Shown one piece after another: positions 7,757 to 14,574 of a stretch of 16,675 nt of DNA (the first letter of the stretch is position 1; the number at the start of each line of letters is the position of its first letter). Below the pieces are notes generated by a model, which did no database searches, was not told the DNA's origin, and saw only the letters and a list, made by a program, of their open reading frames with translations. The translations under genes were made by a program, and so were the position numbers. The stretch comes from Deltaproteobacteria bacterium (lineage in GTDB: Bacteria > Desulfobacterota > DSM-4660 > Desulfatiglandales > Desulfatiglandaceae). Where the stretch lies: NCBI GenBank assembly GCA_022340265.1, contig JAJDOH010000207.1:1-16675 (forward strand), written 5' to 3'.

Positions 7757-8979
7757 TGGAAAACAAAACCCGAAAGTCCGTTCTGGTTATTTCCACCCTG
7801 GATACCAAAGGCGTTGAGACACTCTACCTGAGGGACAAAATTATGTCCCTCGGGATCAATCCTCTGCTGATGGATATCTCCATGCGAGGGAAAGGCGATT
7901 CCCCCGCTGAAATTACCCCGGTCCAGGTGGCGGAAGCCGGGGGAAGCAGTCTCGAAGAGATTCATGCCTCCAGGGAACGGTCAAAAATTACCAATATCAC
8001 CATCAAAGGGGCCTCCGAAATTGCCAAAGGCCTCCATGCCCAAGGAAAATTAGACGGGGTGATTGCCATGGGGGGATCCACCGGATCTCTGATGGCCACT
8101 GAAGTCATGCGGTCGCTCCCTTTCGGTCTGCCCAAACTCATGATTTCGTCCACGGCGGCCCTGCCGGGTCTATCCACACGCTACATCGGTACCGGTGATA
8201 TCATGCTCTTTCATTCCGTGATCGAAATATCCGGTGTTACGGACCTCTTGAAGAATGTCATGGACCGGGCTGCCGGCGCTCTTGCGGGAATGGTTCAGGG
8301 GGACGTCGTCGCCGCCAAATCCAAAGCGGCCAAATCGGTTGCCATAACCATGTTGGGTCCCTGCGAGCAATGCGCCAGTTCCGTCAGAAAGGTTCTGGCG
8401 GGGGCGGGTTATCAGGTTACCGGGTTTTCAGCTGCGGGTATCAGTGATCGTGCCATGGAAGAAATGATTGCAAACGGCCTGTTCCAGGGGGTGGTGGATT
8501 TGGCACCGGGCGGTGTGGGAGAGCATCTGTTTGGTTTCATGCGGGACGCAGGTCCCCATCGCATGGAAACCGCGGGAAATGCCGGTCTGCCGCAGGTGAT
8601 TTCCACCTGCAGCGTGAACCACATGACGCCCTCCAAACGCAAATACAAGCCTGAATACCATGAAAGACGGAAATACGACCTGGACAAGCTGAGAACCTGG
8701 ATCCGGCTTTCGCCTGAAGAGCTGAAAGAAGTAGCGGTGGCATTTGCGGAAAAACTGAACCGTGCCAAAGGACCCGTTTGCGTGATGCTGCCGCTGAAAG
8801 GTTGGTCGTCGGTGGATTATCCGGGGAATGCCACGTTTGATCCGGAAGAAGACCAATTGTTTAATGAGGTGCTTCGCGAAAAGTTGAACCCGCATATTGA
8901 CATCATTGAAGTGGATGCCAATATGGAGGATCCGGCGTTTGCGGAAGCGGTGGCACAGGCTGCGTTGAAGATTTTCTGA
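7756..8979 (+). CDS. Tm-1-like / UPF0261 family ATP-binding protein (function unknown)
   Basis: 407-aa ORF. The N-terminus VLVISTLDTKGVETLYLRDKI and the overall length match the UPF0261 (tomato Tm-1 N-terminal domain) family as I recall it. Its start overlaps the ligase stop (TGATG, 7754-7758). Confidence 0.75.
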   Translation: MENKTRKSVLVISTLDTKGVETLYLRDKIMSLGINPLLMDISMRGKGDSPAEITPVQVAEAGGSSLEEIHASRERSKITNITIKGASEIAKGLHAQGKLDGVIAMGGSTGSLMATEVMRSLPFGLPKLMISSTAALPGLSTRYIGTGDIMLFHSVIEISGVTDLLKNVMDRAAGALAGMVQGDVVAAKSKAAKSVAITMLGPCEQCASSVRKVLAGAGYQVTGFSAAGISDRAMEEMIANGLFQGVVDLAPGGVGEHLFGFMRDAGPHRMETAGNAGLPQVISTCSVNHMTPSKRKYKPEYHERRKYDLDKLRTWIRLSPEELKEVAVAFAEKLNRAKGPVCVMLPLKGWSSVDYPGNATFDPEEDQLFNEVLREKLNPHIDIIEVDANMEDPAFAEAVAQAALKIF

Positions 8980-8992
8980 AAAGGGGTTCACC

Positions 8993-9553
8993 ATGAAAAA
9001 AAGATTGGTTGTGGGCATATCGGGTGCCAGTGGCGTCATATACGGCGTTAGAATGCTGGGGCTGCTCAAGGAAACCGATTTTGAGACCCATCTCATTATC
9101 TCCGATTCAGGCAGGCGGAACATTGAAATTGAAACCGATTTCAAGCCGGTTGATGTGGAGGCCATGGCCGACCATGTCTATGAAGACCGGGATGTTGGGG
9201 CGGCGCTTGCCAGCGGATCTTTTCTGACCTGCGGAATGGTTGTGGCGCCCTGCACCATCAAGACCCTTTCCGGCATTGCCAATTCCTACACCAGTAACCT
9301 TCTGGTTCGGGCGGCGGATGTCAACCTGAAAGAGGGCCGGAAACTGGTCCTGATGGTGAGAGAAACCCCTTTGCACAAAGGGCATCTTCGATTGATGACC
9401 ATGGCGGCGGATATGGGTGCCCATATTTTGCCGCCGGTGCCCTCATTTTATCATCAACCCAAAACCCTTCAGGATATTATCGATCAAAGCATCGGAAAGG
9501 TGTTTGATTATCTGGGCGTTGAGCATCAACTGTTCAGGCGTTGGGAGGGGTAA
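8993..9553 (+). CDS. ubiX: UbiX/Pad1 flavin prenyltransferase (prFMN synthase)
   Basis: 186-aa ORF. MKKRLVVGISGASGVIYGVRML...THLIISD...VVAPCTIKTLSGIANSYTSNLLVRAADVNLKEGRKLVLMVRETPLHKGHLRLM...PPVPSFY is near-canonical UbiX. It starts 13 nt after the preceding stop. Confidence 0.95.
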   Translation: MKKRLVVGISGASGVIYGVRMLGLLKETDFETHLIISDSGRRNIEIETDFKPVDVEAMADHVYEDRDVGAALASGSFLTCGMVVAPCTIKTLSGIANSYTSNLLVRAADVNLKEGRKLVLMVRETPLHKGHLRLMTMAADMGAHILPPVPSFYHQPKTLQDIIDQSIGKVFDYLGVEHQLFRRWEG

Positions 9554-10319
9554 AGAGCGGCCGGTTATTGATTTGTTGCGCGATCTTTCCGGCTGCTTCC
9601 CGGATTTCTGCTTCTAATATTCCCATCATGTGATCATCGAGTGCCGATTTAAAGCCCACTGCCCAGATGGCATAGAGTTTACCCTGTTTTCCACGAATGG
9701 GAGCCGCTGCGGCGCGGACACCGTCAATATATTCCTCGTCGTCGGAGGCATAACCATTTTCTTTTGCGCGGCTTACCGCAATGAGGTAAGCATCCGGATC
9801 GGTAATGGTTCGGGCGGTGAATCTGGGAATTCCTTTCTCAACAATCATGCTGTTCGCTTGCTCGGGGTCCATGGAAGCGAGAAAAATCTTGCCGATGGCC
9901 CCGGCCAGAAGGGGGATGGTACTTCCCCTGGGTGCCGTTATTTTAAGATTATGGTTCGATTCCACAACGTCCAGAATGCTGACCCGCCGGCCGTTGGGGA
10001 TGCCGAAGAAAACGGACGCGCCGGTTTGTTCCATCAATTTTTCCATGATGGGTCTGGCAATTTCCCGAAGGTCAAGCTCCGAATAGGCGGTTTTCCCGAG
10101 TTCAAAGAGGGTGGGACCTAAAAAATATCTTTTGGAAGAAGGATCTCGAATCAGGGCCCCTTCTTCGACCATGGCACTGATAATGCCATGAGCGGTGCCC
10201 TTGCTCATTTCCAGCTGATTGGCCAGATGGCTGAGGTTCAACCCTTTTGGGCTCCTGGCAATCTGTCGAAGTATTGAAAAGGCTTTTCTGACGGATGGGG
10301 CTTGGTATTTTCCGGACAT
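9534..10319 (-). CDS. IclR-family transcriptional regulator
   Basis: 261-aa ORF with an N-terminal wHTH (VRKAFSILRQIARSPKGLNLSHLANQLEMSKGTAHGIISAMVEEGAL) and a C-terminal IclR effector domain of typical length. GAGGTG RBS is the rc of about 10325-10330. Its 3' end overlaps the ubiX 3' end by 20 nt. Confidence 0.9.
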   Translation of the reverse strand: MSGKYQAPSVRKAFSILRQIARSPKGLNLSHLANQLEMSKGTAHGIISAMVEEGALIRDPSSKRYFLGPTLFELGKTAYSELDLREIARPIMEKLMEQTGASVFFGIPNGRRVSILDVVESNHNLKITAPRGSTIPLLAGAIGKIFLASMDPEQANSMIVEKGIPRFTARTITDPDAYLIAVSRAKENGYASDDEEYIDGVRAAAAPIRGKQGKLYAIWAVGFKSALDDHMMGILEAEIREAAGKIAQQINNRPLFTPPNA

Positions 10320-10380
10320 TCGTTCACCTCGCTGAACATTTATCCGAAGCCTACGCTTCTATTCAAATTTTGTCAACCTG

Positions 10381-10406
10381 TATATCTATCTATAAATAGA
10401 GATATA
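10381..10406. promoter_or_regulatory. AT-rich imperfect palindrome (candidate regulator site / iclR promoter region)
   Basis: TATATCTatCTAT-aaa-TAGAGATATA. The core is a perfect palindrome TCTAT-aa-ATAGA at 10389-10400, and the arms extend with a 2-nt bulge. It lies 26-50 bp upstream of the -35 of the hydroxylase promoter. Confidence 0.35.
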
Positions 10407-10431
10407 AATATTTAATCAGATCTGTTTTTGC

Positions 10432-10459
10432 TTGACACCACGTATTTTCCTGCTATGAT
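10432..10459 (+). promoter_or_regulatory. Strong sigma-70 promoter with extended -10
   Basis: TTGACA (10432-10437), a 16-nt spacer, then TGcTATGAT (TGn at 10451-10453, -10 at 10454-10459). It is oriented toward the Mo-hydroxylase operon. Confidence 0.65.
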
Positions 10460-10471
10460 TTTCTGGAAGGT

Positions 10472-10491
10472 ATGTTCAGTATGATGAACAT
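10472..10491. promoter_or_regulatory. Palindromic operator candidate just downstream of the -10
   Basis: ATGTTCA-gtatga-TGAACAT has perfect 7-bp arms. Relative to the predicted start site it sits at about +7 to +26, a typical repressor roadblock location. Confidence 0.5.
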
Positions 10492-10603
10492 CTCAACGAA
10501 TGCTTAAGGTTCGGTAAGTTTAAGGGGTGTGTCGCTTTTAGATTTATCAATTTCACGACAAAAGGGGCGGTTTTTAGCGGTCCCGAAAAATCAGGAGGGT
10601 AAA

Positions 10604-11482
10604 ATGCTTTTACCGAAATTTGAATTCCATGAGCCCGAAACGGTCGAAGAGGCCTGCCGGATACTTGGGGAACTGGGCGAAAAGGCCAAAACCCTTGCGG
10701 GCGGGACGGATCTACTGGTCAACATGAAGAAGAAACTGCTTGCGCCCGAGCATGTGGTGTCACTGGATAGGATCGCATCACTTGCGGAAATAGATGTCTC
10801 CAACGGGACACTCAAGATAGGTGCCTGCGCCAAGGCGGCCGATATTGCAGAATCGAAGGCCGTTATCAAAGAGTTTCCCGCATTGCAGACGGGCGCGTCC
10901 AAATTGGGCTCGCCATTGATTCGAAATCTTGCAACGATTGGGGGAAACCTGGTTTCAGCACGGCCCGCTGCGGACTTTCCACCGCCACTGATGGCCTATG
11001 GGGCAAGTGTTGTTCTGAGAAGCGGCACCGGCCAGCGGACTGTCGCACTGTCGGATTTTATAGAAGGGCCCGGTCAAACCGTTCTTTTGCCCGAAGAGAT
11101 TCTTGAAGCCGTTCTGCTGGAAAAGCCTGAAGCCTATTCCGGAAGTGCATATTATAAACTGGGGATTCGGGAGGCGCTGGAGATTTCACTGGTTAATATT
11201 GCCGTCTCTATTACGACCGATGGTCCCGGAGGCGCCATTAAAGCTGGAAGCGTCGTAATGGGATCCGTGGGTCCCACGCCGCTCTTGTCACCATCCGCTG
11301 AAAAAGTGCTGGTTGGAGAAAAACCGTCTGAAGCCCTTTTTCTTGCGGCTGGAGAAGCGGCTGCCATGGATAGCAAACCCATTGATGATTTCAGGGCAAG
11401 CGCTGGGTACAAAAGGGCCATGGTCAAGGAGTTGACCAAAAGAGCACTGCTTCAGGCATATGAGCGTGTGTGCAGTGAATAA
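10604..11482 (+). CDS. Mo-hydroxylase medium subunit, FAD-binding (CoxM/XdhB-like)
   Basis: I prefer the ATG at 10604, preceded by AGGAGG at 10593-10598, over the track's GTG at 10529. This gives a 292-aa protein. It carries the FAD-binding PCMH motifs LAGGTDLLVNMK and ATIGGNL, plus a C-terminal CO-dehydrogenase flavoprotein domain (RASAGYKRAM). Confidence 0.9.
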   Translation: MLLPKFEFHEPETVEEACRILGELGEKAKTLAGGTDLLVNMKKKLLAPEHVVSLDRIASLAEIDVSNGTLKIGACAKAADIAESKAVIKEFPALQTGASKLGSPLIRNLATIGGNLVSARPAADFPPPLMAYGASVVLRSGTGQRTVALSDFIEGPGQTVLLPEEILEAVLLEKPEAYSGSAYYKLGIREALEISLVNIAVSITTDGPGGAIKAGSVVMGSVGPTPLLSPSAEKVLVGEKPSEALFLAAGEAAAMDSKPIDDFRASAGYKRAMVKELTKRALLQAYERVCSE

Positions 11483-11562
11483 ATGGGTCGCCATGGAAAG
11501 AAATTCCGGTAGGACACAACTCAAAAACGGCGATCGGGAATATAAATTAAGAGGAGAGAACG

Positions 11563-12027
11563 ATGAAAGAGATGATCTGCCTCACCATAAACGGCAAAGA
11601 ATATGAATTGGCTGTGGCACCCAATATGACCCTGGCGGACCTTTTAAGGGAAGAGCTTTTATTGACGGGCACGAAAAAGGGGTGTGAACTGGGGGATTGT
11701 GGAACGTGTACCGTTATCATGAATGGCAAAGCGGTCAATTCCTGTCTGGTTCTGGCCGTTCAGGCCTCGGGCAAAGAAATAACCACTGTTGAGGGTCTTG
11801 AAACCGATGAAGGCCTGCATCCCTTGCAGGAAAAATTCATTGAAAACGGCGCCATTCAGTGCGGGTTTTGTACTTCCGGAATGTTGCTCAGTGCAAAAAG
11901 TCTTCTGGACAAGAACCCGAAACCCGATGAAACGGAAATTCGTACCGCCATATCCGGCAATCTGTGCAGATGTACCGGCTATCAGAAGATTGTTGAGTCC
12001 ATCAAAGATGCCAGTGAAGGGAGATAG
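11563..12027 (+). CDS. Mo-hydroxylase small subunit, two [2Fe-2S] clusters (CoxS/XdhC-iron-sulfur-like)
   Basis: 154-aa ORF with GAGGAG RBS. It has the plant-type motif CELGDCGTCTV...NSC and the second-cluster motif QCGFCTSGM...CRCTGY. Confidence 0.95.
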   Translation: MKEMICLTINGKEYELAVAPNMTLADLLREELLLTGTKKGCELGDCGTCTVIMNGKAVNSCLVLAVQASGKEITTVEGLETDEGLHPLQEKFIENGAIQCGFCTSGMLLSAKSLLDKNPKPDETEIRTAISGNLCRCTGYQKIVESIKDASEGR

Positions 12028-12030
12028 GAA

Positions 12031-14391
12031 ATGACCGAATATCATGTGATCAATGGACGGGCCCCGCGACTGGATGCTCCTGCCAAAGCAACCGGTAGGG
12101 CCATATATGTGGATGACATCAAACTTCCGGGCATGCTTTACGGCGCATTGCTGCAGAGTCCCCTGGCCCATGCCAAGATTCTCAATATTGATACCGCCAA
12201 GGCACGGAAACTTCCCGGCGTCAAATCGGTGGTCACCGCGGAAGAGGCGGGAATGGTTCATTATGGGGTGAGTCCCGCTCGATATGATGAAACCCTTTTT
12301 GTCAAAGATCGGGTACGCTATATCGGCGATGAAATTGCCGCTGTGGCCGCAGTGGATTTGGAAACAGCCCTCGAAGCCGTTTCCCTGATTGATGTGGAAT
12401 ACGAGGAACTGCCGGCGATCTTTACCATGGAAGAAGCCATGGCTGAAGGGGCGCCGCAGATTCATGAAAAATATCCCCGTAACATCGGTGCGGAAGTTCA
12501 CCAGGAATTCGGAAACGTGGAAGAGGCCTTCGCCCAGTGCGATCTAATTCGAACCGATACGTTTTTAAACAAAAGGCAGGACGGCGCGTTTCTGGAACCG
12601 AACGGAGTTGTGGCCGATTACGACCGTAACGGATTTTTGACACTTCATTCTTCCACCCAGGTGCCCCACTATGTCATGCGGATTATTGCCATGGTGCTGG
12701 GGATTCCCATCGGAAAGGTGAGAGTGAAAAAGCCTTATGTGGGAGGTGGTTTCGGCCCCAAGGCGGGTACCAATTCCATGGAACTGGCCTCATGTCTTCT
12801 TTCCATCAAGACCGGCAAGCCGGTCAAAATGAATTTTACGCGGGAGCAGGTTTTTCTCTTTTCGAGGGGCAGACATCAATTTAAACACACCCTGACGACG
12901 GGTGTCAAGAAAGACGGAACGCTGATGGCGTTGGCCAACGAGTGCTATCTGGAGGGGGGCGCATACACCAGTTTCGGGATTGCCACCGTCTATTATGCGG
13001 GATCACTTCTGGGTGCACCTTACAGACTGCCCAACATGAAATATGATGGTTTCCGGCTGTACACCAACCGGCCCGCCTGCGGCGCGCAGCGGGGGCACGG
13101 TGGCGTAGCGGCCCGGGCTGCCTGGGAACAGCAGATTGATTTTATTGCCGAAGAATTGGGCATGGATCCGGTGGATTTTCGGCTCAAAAACTCCATGGAA
13201 GCAGGCGACATCACCTGCAACGATTTCAATACCAGCAGTTTCGGCATGAAGGAATGCATTGAAGCCGTCAGAGACGGTTCCAAATGGAGTGAGAAAAAGG
13301 GAAAAATGTCTGAAGGCAAGGGGATCGGTATTGCCACGGGATTTTTCGTCTCCGGTGCAGGGTATCCCATTTACCGTTCTGAAACAGCCCACTCCACGGT
13401 GGTCATCAAATTGAGCGAGGACGGGGGAACGGCCCATGTGCTCACGGGAAGTGCTGAAATCGGTCAGGGTTCAGATACCGCCATGGCCATGATTGCCGCC
13501 GAAGCCCTGGGCGTGCCGCTGGACAGCATCAGGATATCATCAGGGGATACCGATTACAGCGTTGACCTCGGTGCCTATTCCAGCCGCCAGACCCTCATGA
13601 CCGGTCATGCCACCAAGGCTGCCGCCGAGGATCTGAAGGAGCAGGTCCTGGCGGTTTTGAGCGAAAAGCTGGATGTGCCGGTGGAACGGATGGACATCAA
13701 AAACGGCTTTATCGTGTTCAAGGGTGAACCGCCTGACTTTGGCGGCCTCAGAGCCACCTATGCCAAAGAGCATCGGGGTTTTTCAGACAACCCGGGTCTG
13801 GATGAGCCGCTCACCTTCAGAGAGGCGGCGCGAATCGCCTATTTGACCCTGGGATCCATGGTGGGCACCGGCAGTTACAAGCCGGGTGAACTGGGCGGTA
13901 AATTCAAGGGGGCTGCCGTCGGCACGTCTCCGGCGTACGGTCCATCCGCTCAGGTGGTGGAAATAACCGTTGACAAAGGGACGGGCAAGATTACCATTGA
14001 CCGCATGACCGATGCCCACGACTGCGGTTTTGCCATCAACCGAACGTCGGTGGAAGCGCAGATGCAGGGGTCTCTCTCCATGGGTGTCGGCGAGGCCATG
14101 TATGAGGAAGTGAAGTTTGATGATAAGGGGAAGATTTTGAACGCCAATTTGGGCGAGTACAAAATTGCGACAGCGCTCGATATGCCCAATGTGGATGCCA
14201 TCATCGTTGAAAGCAACGAACCCAATGGTCCATTCGGTGCCAAGGAGGTGGGTGAAGGGGCGATCATGCCCACCATTCCCGCCATACTGAATGCCCTCTA
14301 CGATGCTACCGGCGTCAGGATTCAGGAATTGCCTCTAACGCCTGAGCGGGTGTTCAAAGCCATTCGGGAAAAGGAAGACAAGGAGAAATAG
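12031..14391 (+). CDS. Mo-hydroxylase large subunit, molybdopterin-binding (xanthine dehydrogenase/aldehyde oxidase family)
   Basis: 786-aa ORF starting 3 nt after the small-subunit stop. Family motifs are present: ATGRAIYVDDIKLPGML...SPLAHAKI, RYIGDEIAAVAA, GGGFGPK, and the C-terminal catalytic-Glu loop PFGAKEVGEGAI. Confidence 0.93.
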   Translation: MTEYHVINGRAPRLDAPAKATGRAIYVDDIKLPGMLYGALLQSPLAHAKILNIDTAKARKLPGVKSVVTAEEAGMVHYGVSPARYDETLFVKDRVRYIGDEIAAVAAVDLETALEAVSLIDVEYEELPAIFTMEEAMAEGAPQIHEKYPRNIGAEVHQEFGNVEEAFAQCDLIRTDTFLNKRQDGAFLEPNGVVADYDRNGFLTLHSSTQVPHYVMRIIAMVLGIPIGKVRVKKPYVGGGFGPKAGTNSMELASCLLSIKTGKPVKMNFTREQVFLFSRGRHQFKHTLTTGVKKDGTLMALANECYLEGGAYTSFGIATVYYAGSLLGAPYRLPNMKYDGFRLYTNRPACGAQRGHGGVAARAAWEQQIDFIAEELGMDPVDFRLKNSMEAGDITCNDFNTSSFGMKECIEAVRDGSKWSEKKGKMSEGKGIGIATGFFVSGAGYPIYRSETAHSTVVIKLSEDGGTAHVLTGSAEIGQGSDTAMAMIAAEALGVPLDSIRISSGDTDYSVDLGAYSSRQTLMTGHATKAAAEDLKEQVLAVLSEKLDVPVERMDIKNGFIVFKGEPPDFGGLRATYAKEHRGFSDNPGLDEPLTFREAARIAYLTLGSMVGTGSYKPGELGGKFKGAAVGTSPAYGPSAQVVEITVDKGTGKITIDRMTDAHDCGFAINRTSVEAQMQGSLSMGVGEAMYEEVKFDDKGKILNANLGEYKIATALDMPNVDAIIVESNEPNGPFGAKEVGEGAIMPTIPAILNALYDATGVRIQELPLTPERVFKAIREKEDKEK

Positions 14392-14417
14392 AGGAAAAAA
14401 AATTACAGGGTGCAGGG

Positions 14418-14574
14418 CAATGCTATTAACTTAACCCCGAAATGAATTCAGCGTTACTACCGGGCGTCATTCCGGCGAAGGCCGGAATCCAGTAATTTCA
14501 AACGGTTCTGGACCCCGGCTTTCGCCGGGGTGACGTAATTGCTAAATGAGATGGTTCCTAAGTTAATGGCATTG
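14418..14574. mobile_element. 157-bp non-coding MITE-like insertion with terminal inverted repeats and a 10-bp target-site duplication
   Basis: The left end CAATGCTATTAACTTAA (14418-14434) matches the reverse complement of the right end CTAAGTTAATGGCATTG (14558-14574) at 15/17 positions. The element is immediately flanked by the identical direct repeat GGGTGCAGGG (14408-14417 and 14575-14584). It has no coding capacity for a transposase. Confidence 0.7.
14464..14536. repeat. Inverted pair of 29-nt self-complementary units inside the MITE (REP-like double hairpin)
   Basis: Unit A (14464-14492) is GCGTCATTCCGGCgaagGCCGGAATCCAG. Unit B (14508-14536) as reverse complement is ACGTCACCCCGGCgaaaGCCGGGGTCCAG, identical at 23/29 positions. 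Each unit folds into an 8-bp hairpin (14469-14488 and 14512-14531). Confidence 0.8.

Noticed and set aside
8428-9165. 245-aa minus-strand ORF spanning the Tm-1-like/ubiX junction, and other antisense ORFs in 6376-9424
   Set aside because: It crosses an intergenic gap antisense to two well-supported genes and has no homology-like motifs. I treat it as a shadow ORF.
4577-9553. Annotating the UbiD/UbiX pair as ubiquinone-biosynthesis genes
   Set aside because: They sit in an operon with an acyl-CoA ligase, under LysR/IclR-type catabolic regulators, in an apparently anaerobic-type genome. A catabolic (de)carboxylase role is more parsimonious, but phylogeny is needed and I cannot run it.
10529-10603. 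GTG-initiated 25-codon N-terminal extension of the FAD subunit (track start 10529)
   Set aside because: The internal ATG at 10604 is preceded by AGGAGG at ideal spacing and gives a typical CoxM-like length of about 290 aa. The extension (MSLLDLSISRQKGRF...) has no RBS.
11659-12501. 280-aa minus-strand ORF across the FeS/Mo subunit junction, and similar antisense ORFs in 10591-14285
   Set aside because: They are antisense to canonical Mo-hydroxylase subunits and show typical high-GC shadow-frame composition.
10604-14391. Calling the three-subunit enzyme aerobic CO dehydrogenase (CoxMSL) or 4-hydroxybenzoyl-CoA reductase (HcrCAB)
   Set aside because: The large subunit lacks the AYRCSFR Cu-site signature (it reads AYTSFG). 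The FAD subunit lacks the 4-Cys [4Fe-4S] insertion. It is kept as a generic xanthine-dehydrogenase-family hydroxylase of unknown substrate.
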